A stretch of DNA of 64,000 nucleotides from Octopus sinensis. Taxonomy: Eukaryota. The stretch covers positions 9,424,001 to 9,488,000 of the forward strand of contig NC_042999.1 in NCBI RefSeq assembly GCF_006345805.1, given 5' to 3'. The notes under the pieces were generated by a model, which saw only the letters and a program-made list of their open reading frames with translations, did not search any database and was not told the origin of the DNA. A program made the translations under genes and the position numbers. Shown piece by piece: positions 49,883 to 62,789 of this stretch (its first letter is position 1; each line of letters starts with the position of its first letter).

Positions 49883-50117
49883 GTTTCTTTACTACCCACA
49901 AGGGGCTAAACACAGAGGGGACAAACAAGGACAGACAAACGGATTAAGTCGATTATATCGACCCCAGTGCGTAACTGGTACATAATTTATCGACCCCGGA
50001 AGAATGAAAGGCAAAGTCGACCTCGGCGGAATTTGAACTCAGAACGTAACGGCAGACGAAATACTGCTAAGCATTTCGCCCGTCATACTAACGTTTCTGC
50101 CAGCTCCTCGCCGCCTT
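49883..50117 (-). mobile_element. Full-length family A SINE monomer
   Basis: 19-bp TSD with two transitions: ATACCTCCA(T/C)AGAG(C/T)ATAT at 49864-49882 and 50118-50136. Confidence 0.9.
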
Positions 50118-50573
50118 ATACCTCCACAGAGTATATCAATAGTCACCAGGAATAGGATAAACTGAGACTTTAGTAAGAAACCTGAACCAAAATGGCGCGT
50201 GGTTGACACAAACATACGTGAAGCAAGGTTCTTAAACACACAACAGCTTTTCATAGTCGGTGCCTATGTATATCTGTTGCCTGTGTTTGTGCATATTTCT
50301 GCATATACATGCATAAATACATGTACTTTGTATTGTTGATACTTAAATAAGATTTCTCTCTCCGTCTCTTCCATTTTCTCTCACTCTTTCCCCCCCCCCC
50401 ACACACACACACAGGTGTTTGTGTGTGCCTAAACTATACGTTGTAACAGTAATTATTGTCAATCTTTTTTTCTCTTTTTTTTTTCAATTACTCATGCGTT
50501 TTTATTTCGCTATTTTCGATATTTATCGATTATCTTCCCACTCTTTATTTCTCTGTCACTTCCATTTCTCCCG

Positions 50574-50629
<56 letters not shown>

Positions 50630-51361
50630 ATTTAGCTACGAAGCCAACAAAATTAAGGTAAACTATAATTTCTAGATGTAATACAGCATTTGCTAAAATG
50701 AATGCTTTCAGGCAAGAGTGTGGTTGTACAGGTCAACAGTATAAATAGAACATTACAAAAGACTGTCGTTGTAGTCAATTCAAACTAGTTGTGTCTATAA
50801 ATAATCTACTTCATCATTTATTAAACGAAGATAAACACACAGAGATACCGGTTCTACTTTACATTTTCTCTGCTAATAGAAATGTTTGAACTGAGATTAG
50901 GGAATCGTGTTGAAGTTGTACATTTAACACGTTGTATTTGTTGACAGTGGTGATGAGACGTTCGGGTGCTTATCTTCAGCTCGTAGCGCCACCTGCCTAG
51001 TATTTGTGAGCGAAGAGGAGATAACTACTCCAAAATGCTAGCATCTCACAGTCCGGGTAGGTGGCGCTGCATGCTGATCTAGGTGTATACACACCATTTG
51101 ACAACAAACGGGATTTATTTTCGTGACAAAACGCAGTGAGTAGCTTGTTACCCAGTTCCAACGTGCATCAAGTATATTTGGACTGGTAAGAACAGCATAG
51201 GGAGTGTTCGTAGAGAAAGGATAGGAATTTATGAGAATTCGACTTCTTCTGGAAATCGGTCCACTACCTCCATCGAATCCTCCATAGGAAAGACATGACA
51301 CTCGTTAAACCATCAGATTCAATATCTCGTCTGAAATATCAGTCGCTTGTTGGTGATAATA

Positions 51362-51733
51362 AACTCGCCTTCGTCGGTCACGAGTGGCCATGGGTGCACC
51401 CAAGAGGTTGCCCGCCGGGGTACAAATCTGGGCAGAATGTCGCCTTACCGGCGAAGGCACAACCTAGGGTTGTATTTATGGAAAACCAGCAGTCACCCAT
51501 GCATACCAACGTCCGCTCTCCACACTCCACAGCTGTTAACCACGGGAAAGGCAAAGGGGCCGATACAACTTGGTACCAGTGACGTCGCAACTCATTTCTA
51601 CAGATGAGTGAACTGGAGCAACGTGAATTAAAGTGTCTTGCTCAAGAACACTGCACGCAGCCCGATCCGTGAATCGAACTCACAACCTCACAATTGTAAG
51701 CTCGACGCTCTAACCACTGAGCCATGCGCCTTC
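51362..51733 (-). mobile_element. Family C SINE
   Basis: Homologous to 10718-11052. TSD GTTGGTGATAATA at 51349-51361 and 51737-51749. Confidence 0.88.
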
Positions 51734-52124
51734 GCTGTTGGTGATAATACTAACACCAAAAAGGTGTATTAATAGATTATCTGATTCGAAAAGGCTGGTT
51801 TTATTAGCTTCTATAATTATATGGATTTCGGTTTCAACGTGGACAGGACAACGTTTCGGTTATTTAATATGTGAATCTTCAATGATAGAGAAATAAGTCT
51901 TTAATGTCGAACAGTAGGAATTTAGAATTTGATTTATTAAGAATAGATTAGAAGTAATTTTATAACAGCATGTGGTTTGTAGTAAAGATTGTTTGGCAAC
52001 ATAAAATGGCAGTCCTGGTTTAGGACGAATGTTGCTGTAATTTAGCCCCAGGAGACAGCGTCTCGTGAGATTTCAAAATAGTAAGCATGTGGATTGTTTC
52101 ATGAGTTAATCATTTGTTAAAATA

Positions 52125-52521
52125 TTCTTTTCTACTCTCGGCACAAGGCCCGAAATTTTGGGGGAGGAGGCCAGTCGATTAGATCGACCGCAGTACGCAA
52201 CCAGTACTTAATTAATTTATCGACCCCGAAACGATGAAAGGCAAAGTCGACCTCGGCGAAATTTGAACTCAGACCGTAAAAACAGATGAACTATTTGTTT
52301 CTTTATTACCCACATGGGGCTAAACACAAAAGGGACAAACAAGGACAGACAAACGGATTAAGTCGATTACAACGACCTCAGTTCGTAACTGGTACTTATT
52401 TAATCGACCCCGAAAAGATGAAGTCGACCTCGGCGGAATTTGAACTCAGAACGTAGCGGCAGACGAACTACTGCTAAGCATTTCGCCCGGCCTGCTAACG
52501 ATTCTGCCAGCTTGCCGTCTT
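52125..52521 (-). mobile_element. Family A heterodimer (unit with LINE-like tail, then unit with GGCCTTGTGC tail)
   Basis: Two bodies and one head, with different 3' tails. Confidence 0.85.
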
Positions 52522-53408
52522 AGGATCTTATTTAAATATTCTTACTGATAACAATTTTGTAAGCAAACATTGACGCACCGATTATGTTTGAGTTTAAGAA
52601 ATGAAGGAAATCTCGAAAGCAGAAGAATAGTCGTGAAAACAGATATGAGGATCAGGTGAAATGCCCTTGTAGACGGAAGAAAGCGGCCAGCGAGCGGATA
52701 CGGAGAGATACAAAGTTTGACTCCAAGCAGTGACTCGCTGGCCACTTTTTCCCATCTATAAGGGCATTTTATCCAATCCTTTAATCTGTTTTCACAGCCC
52801 TTCTGCATTCGAGATTTCATTTCTAAAATTCGTTCTGATAGTAAAACTGAATGATTTAATTGGAATTAGAAGTTTTATAGAAAGATTACAAAAAATAGGA
52901 GCTTAAGGGTCTTCGAAACCCCATGTGCCTATAATCAAGTACTTCTGTTCTATCATTAATGTCCAAGTTGGAAGTAATCCTCCGCCCATTGGTATTAATG
53001 CAATTCAACGCATTCCAAAAGATTTGTAGTTGCTTCTGATGATATTTAAAAACTACAACTGTACACGTTTCCTTTTTACCAAATTGGTATAATTCCCCAG
53101 TTTTCTTTCAACAAGTGTTGCTGCATCGCAACCCAAACGAATTGAAAATCATTTTATCCCTGCTCTTGTTTTCTGCTTTATTTTGAAATTGTCATCGAAG
53201 AAACGCATTTGTGTTTGGTACATTTGAAAATTAAATTACTGTCATTTTGGTTTTATAGAAAATATTCTGCATTGACACGCCTTCCTCCCCTTTTATACGA
53301 ATTCAATTTTACAACGATACAAACGCAAATTTTGTTACACAGCACTTTAACACAAACCTCTCTCCGCCCTTCAATCATACTGAAACTTTTACCATACATA
53401 CACGCACA

Positions 53409-53480
<72 letters not shown>

Positions 53481-54210
53481 TACATAACTTATCTAGATAG
53501 ATCGATAGCGAGAGAGAGGGGTACGTATAGATCTTCTCTACAATTTCTTTAAAGCAGCCAAATTGAATGTCTTGTACTATTTGTTGCGACTGTCAGCATA
53601 ATTACTTTGCATACTGCCGTAGATAACTTTCATGGTTTCGGTGTCAATAGTCAAAGCTAAAATAATAGTCCTGACTGGCAAGAGAGTAAAAGAGGGTCTC
53701 TTGAGTATCTGTATCGCTCATCCGTCCTTGGTTTAAATTCTGCTTTCTTTTAGAAGGGAAAACGCTGATTATATTGAAAGCGTCTTTAATCAGGTGCCCA
53801 AGAATTTCAGTGTGGAAACTGGTAGGAAAGGAGACAAGGGCACAAGCGCACAAAGTAAAGGAGAGGAATTCAAGGAGACATCCAAGACTTGTGTATTTAA
53901 CAAACGGACGAATGAATGCGAGTGTCTGAGCGTGAGCGAATATTTGTGCGAATATTTGCATTTGCATGCGTGCGCTTGTGTGTATGCTCGTGTTTATGGC
54001 TGGCAGTGTATATGTGGGTATATATTTATATGTGTGGGAATTCTGGTGATTTTGTTTCCTGTTTGAGAAACGAGATTTTTATTTTTCATATATTTCTTTG
54101 CAATCTAAATATAACAGTGTGAATGAATAAGCTTTCTATTTCTGAAATCGTTTGTCAAATATTACGGAAGTATCCAGCCACTAAGCTCACACACAGAAAG
54201 TCATTGTGGC

Positions 54211-54273
<63 letters not shown>

Positions 54274-54850
54274 ATGTGTGTTGTTGTTGTTGTTGTTCGT
54301 GGCAATGTGAATAGAGCATCAGCGTAGATTTGTTACAGTGTTTGCTCTAAAAGAAAAGCGCAAACAAATTTCTCTCTTGCCTGATTGTTAAGTGTTTCAA
54401 TAAAATCGGTGTGGAGTATTTTAAGGAATCGATAATAATGGTTGCTGATTATTGGAGCGATCGTTCCCGAATCTTCCATTTTTATTTCCTATTCAGTTTT
54501 CATTTTAGTTTTATTGAGGAATTACGTATCTTTTGTGTTGATTGCAAAACAATGAATGCTAATTAATCTTGTTTTTATTTGGCGGAATCTTCGATTTGAT
54601 ATCCGCAGAAATAATACTGATGATGATGATGACGATGATCTTTTTAAATTTTGGCACAAGACCAGCAAGTTCGGGGGTGGGATAAGTCGATAGCCGAGTC
54701 CCCAGTATTCAACTGGTACTTCTGGCCAGAACCATCAGGAAAGTATTGGGTGGTTGATGAGAACAAATAGCACGGTGACGCTGGCCGCAGCTAGCAAGCC
54801 CGCTAATCATGCAAGATTCTAGGAGTTCCAAAAAAAAAACCGGAGTTGTT

Positions 54851-54881
<31 letters not shown>

Positions 54882-54919
54882 TAATAATAATAATGATGAT
54901 GATGATAATAATAATAATA

Positions 54920-55514
54920 AATGCCCTGATGCAGTACCAGGCAGTGGCTCTCATGGCTTTTGATCTTAACTGATTGGAAGTGTTATCATGTACAATTTTT
55001 CGTCTTGGTATAAAATATGGGCTACAGCAAATATTCTGCCAGTAAGGGACATGCTCAACAGATTATGGTCAAACAACTGACAAGTAATTCCACAGATTTA
55101 CTTGTCAGTTGTTTGACCATAACCTGTTGAGCATGTCCCTTACTGGCTGACGATATGTGCATCTCTGATCACGAGCACAAGTAGTTGGGGAGCATCATAG
55201 CCATGTGTTGAGAGGGATTCTTTGGGGTTTGAATTCACCTCTGAAAGCATGGGTGGCTTCTTCATCATCCTTAAACAAAACTTATTCAGGAACCTTTTGA
55301 GCGGGATGAGCAACTCGACGAGAAGAAAATTCTAATTGGGCCCCACCTGCAAGGTCATGCACTGTTTCTCTTGACATAGGATCACCATGTGGCGCACATG
55401 TGGTTTTGATGCATGTACCTGGTGCATCCTTATCAGACGGGTAGCCATGATGGATATACTGGGCTTTGTATATTTTACCTCAGTGTCACTTTGATGGCAT
55501 GAACTGCTCTCTCA
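54920..55514 (+). mobile_element. ~600-bp element starting in (AAT)n, sharing its first ~94 bp with the Dong derivative at 14354
   Basis: AATGCCCTGATGCAGTACCAGGCAGTGGCT...GGTATAAAA is nearly identical at 14354-14447 and 54920-55015. Confidence 0.7.
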
Positions 55515-56434
55515 ATTTTAATGATAAATCTTTCAATTTTTGGCAGAGGTCCAGCAATTTAGAGGGAGGATGTTAGTCGATAACACCGAGTCCATTATGT
55601 GACTGGTACTTTATTTCATCGACCTAATGACAGAATCAAATTTGGTTTCAGTGGGGTTTGAACTTAGAATATATAGAGCCAGAAGACCTATCGCAAAGCA
55701 TTTTTTCCAACATTTTAACTATTCTGCCAAACCGCTGCGTTATAACGTTACTATATGTCTTCCATCTCCAAACGTTTTTAATTTAGACAAAAGGCCAACG
55801 ACATCGAGAAGAGATTTTATCAGAATCAGTATTTGACTGGGATTTTCTTTTATTCCTAATTAAATGCGTAACTAATAATACGCAAATCTAGTGGTTCTGC
55901 CCGCCCAACGCTTAATACAATAGCAACAAGAAATTCGATGGAAATAAAGATTAAGAAAAGTCGGTCATTGGGCAAACGCAGAATCTGTTGAAAAGAAGAG
56001 GAAAGTTTTGACCAACTCATAATTGAACACAGAAGACTAGCATAAGAAAAATGAAAAATTAAAGAATATCTAATATCAGATATGACAATGCCCCAGTATG
56101 GCATTAGCCGTGATATCTGCAATAACCTGGTGAACTAAGTTGAGATAGGTTCGGTATCAAAGTCAGACTGAATTTGTACCGGTAATCAACAGTCAGCAAT
56201 TCTAGAAAATCTGCGATCTTCACATGATACAGCATGGAAAATGTCTTGCACTGAAATGCCATTTTCAGTGATAGACTCTCGAACGAAAGAAAAAGAAAAA
56301 TCTAATCCTTGCTGTTCTTTTCCTTAGTATCAACTTCATTGATCTCTACCAAAATATTGCCATTTATTAATTTTATTTCGGTGTTTACTGTGGAATAAAC
56401 GATACACGTTTTTCTGTTCAACAATACTTGTTTT

Positions 56435-56923
56435 ACAGTTCTATATTTAAGAGATGAGGTATTATTTACATTTGACGGATATTTGTCCTCATCTTGTTTG
56501 TTGTTAACACAACGTGTTAGCTGATATACCCTCCAGCCGTCATCAGGTGTCTTGGCGAAATTTTGAACCTGGGTTCTCATTCCTAAGGTATTTTTTGATG
56601 TTATTATTGTGATTATCATTATTATTCAGGTCACTGCCTGGAATCGAACTCGGAATCTTGGGGTTCGCAGCCCGCGATCTTAACCACTACAGGCATATGG
56701 CGCAGTGGTTAAGAGAGTGTGCTACTAACCCCAAGATTCTGAGTTCGATTCCAGTCAGTGACCTCAACAACAACAACATCGAAAAATACCTTAGGAATGA
56801 GACCCAGTTCGAGATTTCCCCAAGACACCTGAAGGAGGCTGGATGGTACATCAGCCGAAACGTTGTTTTAACAACAAACAAGATGGGGACAGATACCCAT
56901 CAAATGTAAATAATGTAAACAAC
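56435..56923. mobile_element. Head-to-head pair of tRNA-headed PLE pLTRs, inserted as one unit
   Basis: Minus arm 56435-56690 and plus arm 56691-56917 are homologous to the 8411-9421 units. Flanked by the direct repeat TACTTGTTTT (56425-56434 and 56924-56933). Both hammerhead cores are mutated. Confidence 0.88.
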
Positions 56924-57593
56924 TACTTGTTTTCTTTAATAGATAAAATCTACCCAAATCTTGCCTAATGACTTTAAAACTCCCCCGACAGCCTAATTCT
57001 AATTCAATTAAACGAAAGATTCTTGTGAAGAAAATAAAAATAAAACAGTTATTTATACGTTATTCCCTACTATTGTATCCCATTTACCATGTATCTGCTT
57101 ACCTCAACTTACGTCGGTAATTAATTCCAAGACATACAATTTAACACGAAACACGTCATAACACGAAAACTTTACTTTTAAAAATTTATTAGTTGTTTTA
57201 ATAAACAGTTTGTAAATCTGTTTAAATAAATGATTTTTACATATTTTCACATTGGCTTTGATTATCCACATGCGTACTGTTGCTTGCTTTGTTCTCGATT
57301 TTTAGGCAGTTTTAACTCTCACCAGCCTTCCTGGTGAGTGTCATTATTGAGTTTTCCCAAAACTAGTGTGAAAAACCGTTAGCTAAAATCGGCTGAAATA
57401 CTTTCCTCGGACTCTTCTTCCTTTTCCCTTCTCTTTGAAGTTTTCCTCCCTCCGACAAAGAGCCATGCTCGAAACGTCACACTCATTTTCCCAATTAAAT
57501 CGTTCACTTGGCGTCAATCAAATATATTTACAGGGTACGTGATGCTCCTTTTTCCTGTTGTTTTTATTCCTGATTTAACCTCTGTGTATATAA

Positions 57594-57875
57594 GAAAATG
57601 AGATTATAAAGGAATAGACGATTATCTTATGAATTTCATTAGGTTACAGCTGTTTCTGCTATAGGTACAGTGTACTCATAGTTGAGTGCTTGAGTAACAT
57701 CTTATAGCTCCATCAGAGCCTAGAATATGAAGTGCAGTTTATTAATAAATTGCAATTCATAATCGAGGCTCCGACGAAATTATACGATGTAATTCAGGCA
57801 CTCAACTATGAGTCCAGAAACAGCTGTAAGCTAATGAAGTTCATAAGATAATCATTTATTCCTTTCTCATTTCTC
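57594..57875. repeat. Near loop-less fold-back whose arms each contain a decayed hammerhead
   Basis: Arms 57594-57722 and 57766-57875. The centre ATGAAGTGCAGTTTATT|AATAAATTGCAATTCAT is itself palindromic (15/17). Confidence 0.85.
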
Positions 57876-57972
57876 TTTCTCATTACTCCTCTACACTTGA
57901 CTAAGGCTTCGTTCTGAGGCATAAATATACAGAGTTCTACACCAGGTTACTAGTCACGCAATGCCTAAGCGA

Positions 57973-58013
<41 letters not shown>

Positions 58014-58402
58014 GCAAAATAAAAGCAACAGGTTATCAAGTAGTGGTACAGTACGACCGTTTCAAGCGGCTTCAATTTAATTGAACAATGCAATCATTAC
58101 ATCAAATTAAATGCAGTGCCATCTTCAGATCTTCAGCTCCACGAATAAATAGAATTTTTACCAGTCGGACATATAAATATAATTTTTCTCAAATATATTA
58201 ACTGAGCCAGAAGATGGAAGAAATTCATCTTGTCGCTATTGTAGCTAAGAATAGACTACACTTCGAAGAATGGCATGAAGCCTATTGGTGTCATAGTGTT
58301 GGAAAGGATTGTAATTCATTCATGTACTTATCGACTATTAAATCTAAGACTAAAAGACTGTCTATTTTGAATAAAAGATAAAAGTGAGTTGATAGCTCAT
58401 AG

Positions 58403-58465
<63 letters not shown>

Positions 58466-58485
58466 CGCGCGCGCGCGCGTATATA

Positions 58486-58519
<34 letters not shown>

Positions 58520-59289
58520 ATATATATATATATATAAATATATATAATAGATAATAACGTGTTGTTTCCTGTTATTATGTCTCAGTTTTTATTTATATGT
58601 TGAACCCCACAGCTAAATCTCATTTGCTATTGTCAATTCAGCCCTAAAAGGAAATCCCATTCGGCAGGTGGAAGTTTCCGGAATGCTGAGTTATTAACAC
58701 GAATTATACATAAACAGAGACCAAATAAACGATAATTATTGAACCGCCAACAGCAGAAAACTGCATACTCCAATCTGCCACTCTGCTGTCTCCAGTGTCT
58801 TTCACAGAGATATAAATATCAGATAATAAATATATTTTCCTCGTTTTGATCTTTTCAGTCCTTGTATCTAAGCAAACGATGTTACAACAAAATTAGCAAC
58901 AAAGGCGATTATACCAATTCCACGTCTCCACGGGGTTCCATTTGATTATATCAGGCAAAGGGCAAAGTATTCACGTATCTTCGACATTAATGCTAAGATC
59001 CATAGATTCATTGCTCTACGTTAGTAAAAGAAAAAAATTGCATTAATCTTCCTAGCCCCTCTGCAGAACTCTAAAAAGGAGTTACGCCGATAGAAGACCA
59101 TAAAGAGCCCGGCAAAATTGTCAAGGCTTTAAACATCCAGATAAATTTAGTTCAAGACCATTGAGAGACGACAAATGTGTGAACTGTTTCTCTATAGAGT
59201 TGAAAAAACTCTGTTCAAAGTTATTAGGGTAGGAAAATTTAGTTGTGTTACGTGGGGTGAGGGATAAATATATTTTAAGGCTATAAAAA

Positions 59290-59670
59290 GTGCTTAGCGC
59301 TATTTCGTCTGCCGTTACCTTCTGAGTTCAAATCCGCTGAGGTAACTTTGCCTTTCATCCTTCCTGGGTTGATTAAATAAGTACCAGTTACGCACTGGGG
59401 GGTCGATATAATCGATTTAATCCGTTTGTCTGTCCTTGTTTGTCCTCTCTGTGTGTTTAGCGTCTTGTGGGTAGTAAAAGAAATAGGTATTTCGTCTGCC
59501 GCTACGTTCTGAGTTCAAAATCCAACGAGGCCAACTTTACCCTTTATCATTTTGTAGTCGATAAAGTAAGTACCAGTAGGGGCACAGGGATCGATTTAAT
59601 CGATTTAAACCCTCCTACAAACTTGCTCGCATTCTGCCAAATTTTAAAACTGCTATTATAATTATTATTA
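59290..59670 (+). mobile_element. Family A heterodimer with truncated head
   Basis: Junction AAAAGAAATA|GGTATTTCGTC at about 59480-59495. The second unit ends in an (ATT)n-type tail. Confidence 0.8.
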
Positions 59671-61690
59671 TCACCATCATCATCATCATCATCACGTCGG
59701 CGACCGTTGCGTTTTCGCAATTCATGTTTTTTTTTCCAGTGATAATGTTGGTTAATCTTTTCCTGGCTCTCATACAACATATTTTAAGCTCTATGGGGTG
59801 GGATATGATGAAAATATTTGAGAGGGAGGCGCAGCAAGCATCTCAACCGATTAATGCAACATATATACATATTTATTCCACATCACCAAGTGCATATCAA
59901 GCAGCAGCAGCAACAACAACCACCACAGCAACTATAATCACTTCTTCCTAAGTTATATTTCTTCCACAGGTAACCATTAGAATATAATCCCAACACGCCA
60001 CCACAACCATCGTCATCAAGGGTGTGGGGGCTAACAGTATTTCAGTTGCTTTATCACTGGTAAACTTCCGACTGAGAACCCGTTTAATCGCGGCTACAAT
60101 CACCATTAGCGTTGCCATGAGGAATACATCCCGCCCGGTAAGAAGAGGAGGAGATAGAATTAAAAGATACATATTTTGGGCGGAGGGAAAAACATTATGA
60201 GAATACATGTTACATGTTTATTTTGAAGAGTTATTATCGTTTCCATACACACCTAAAAATGTTTAACCCACCCAGCCCCCACCCCCACCCCCGCTTACCT
60301 AACTCCTTTTCTTTCTCTTTACACTGCTTCTCTCTTTTCCTCAGTCATTTTCCCTCGTCTCCCTTTCGTACACAATTTATTCCTTTTAAGCATATTGCGT
60401 TCATTTTCCCCTGATTCCATTACTCAATTCCCTAAGTACGAGACCCTTATCCACGCATCTACAGACAGATACGCATCCCACAAATCAGATATTCCGAGCT
60501 GTTTTATATACAAACAGCATCAACATAACCTCGTGAATATTTCAATCCATCAACGTGTTTAAATCTCCGTATCCCTTATCTCTCTACATCGCATCCTATT
60601 ATTGATTTAACTAATGAACTATCTCTACAATCATCGTTCATTCAGATCTATGGATTTATCTATAGTATCGATCTGTATTTCAATTGAACTGCCAGTCGAA
60701 ACCCCAGCATGTATATTTAACTTTAATAATTAACAGTCTATCAGTTTACGTGCGGGTGGAGTGTTATCGATATTTACCCTAATCTTTAATTATTTCCCAT
60801 TTTCTAAGCACGCCAGCATATTTCCTCTAACTTTCTGCCGAAACAACCTAGTCTCTATCCAATTACTTCACAACTCGTTCTATCCAAAAACCCTCGCTTT
60901 TTGAAAGGATACACAGTATCTATAAACATAATTTACTGGTTGAAGATTCGCTTAAATTTCTCGACATCTCGTATCTGCACAGAGTTTAAATATAAATACT
61001 TGCTTCAACGTTTCTAAATCAATTTCTTATCATAAATACGATGGCCTGCGTGGGCGTATGTAGGTGGAAAGATTTTAGATTGAACAGTTCAAAATATTCC
61101 GTTCGTATCACTATTCGTATTGTTCTGCATTAAAAAATAATTGGCTTCATGAAAACGTGGCATCTTTAGCACAGTTTTACCTCTAACTTTTTCTTCTTTC
61201 AAGGCTGTATTTTTGAATAAATATTACACGTGATTCAATAATATAATTGAAGGTATCTATTTATGTTGTTATGAAGGTAGATGTTTCTATGCAGACGTGG
61301 AAGAAATATAGAAAAAGGTTTCGCCGTCATTTCAATGACTGAAATTTTAAGCAGTTCTAAGCGACCAACATAACATTTGAAAGATTACTCCTACTCAATA
61401 TATATATATCAACAATTCTTTTCAAAACATGTTGGCATCTTACCTTTTATTTATTTCTCCATCTATTCACATGTTTTATATAATCATATTCTTACGACAA
61501 CAACAACTGCTGCTGCTAACACCCATTACATGTTTAGTTACTTTTGCTTCTGCCATTCTTCACGATAGCATCATGGGTAATTTGAAATCATTTTAGATGG
61601 TGTGCACGTGTGTATGTATATTGAAGTGTATATGTGAATATATACGGACGTATATATATATATATATATATAATATATATATATATATAT

Positions 61691-61787
<97 letters not shown>

Positions 61788-62087
61788 ATATGTGTGTGTG
61801 TATAATAAGTGTATACGAGTGGGTATATATTTATAAAAAAGAAGTTTGAAAACGCCACTATATAAGATAAATTTTAATTTTCTTAGAAATTTTACGTTTC
61901 GGTTCTTCTTGAAAAAACGAACCGTATCAAAAATATTTTTAAAAGTGTAATAAAAGAAGTTCATAATTGTTTCTTACTAGTCTCAACAGAATCCACGGGT
62001 GGTTTTTGTTGTGGAGAGCATAATAGCTGTCTTGTGTGTTGATTAAAGTTGGGCAAGTGACCAGTGGCCGAAATAGCAGTAGTGTGT

Positions 62088-62198
62088 ATATCACGTTGAA
62101 AGCACCGGTTCTCGTCCGATCACCGAAGTTAAGCAACATCGAGCCTAGTTAGTACTTAGATGGGTGACCGCTTGGGAACCCTAGGTGCCGTAAGCATT
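62088..62198 (+). rRNA. 5S: 5S rRNA copy lacking the first ~10 nt (probable pseudogene)
   Basis: ATATCACGTTGAAAGCACCGGTTCTCGTCCGATCACCGAAGTTAAGCAAC...TAGTACTTAGATGGGTGACCGCTTGGGAA...GGTGCCGTAAGC matches invertebrate 5S. The CCTAG/CTAGG helix pairs. There is no T-run terminator. Confidence 0.93.
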
Positions 62199-62205
62199 AC
62201 CTGTT

Positions 62206-62425
62206 GTGGAGGCGCAATGGCCTAGTGGTTAGGGCAGCGGACTCGCGGTCGCAGGATCGCGGTTTCGATTCTCAGACCGGGCGTTGTGTGTGTTTATTGA
62301 GCGAAAACACCTAAAAAGCTCTACGAGGCTCCGGCAGGGGGTGGTGATCCCTGCTGTACTCTTTCACCACAATGGCGGTGCCCCAGCATGGCCACAGCTC
62401 AAGAGCTGAAACTGGAAAAACAAAA
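62206..62425 (+). mobile_element. Family D head joined to a family B-like tail
   Basis: GTGGAGGCGCAATGG...CTTTCACCACAA is followed directly by TGGCGGTGCCCCAGCATGGCCACAGCTC...GCTGAAAC. Confidence 0.85.
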
Positions 62426-62789
62426 ATATATATATATATATATATATACTTGTAAATAAATCCGGAGGCGATTAAAGCCACATTTATCTAAATAATTGAC
62501 TGAAAACTAATGAACTAACTCTAGCTAGAATCGAACCCACAAATCAACGCTAACACAGCTCCTTGCGCATCCGACTCAGCCAGAACACTCATCCATAAAT
62601 ATATATTCCGCCAAATTTTATGTATAGATACTTAACTCATATATTACATGTATAGACATGCAAACACACACACATGCATAATCTATACAAATATACATAT
62701 AGGCACAGGCGTGGCTGTGTGGTAAGTAGCTTGTTTCTCAACTAAATGGTTCTGGTTTCAGTCCCACTGCGTAGCCTCGGACCGCTGTT

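Noticed and set aside
53750-53821. Peptide RENADYIESVFNQVPKNFSVETG resembling an Ig I-set start
   Set aside because: The following sequence lacks the Cys and Trp of an Ig fold, and no partner exon was found.
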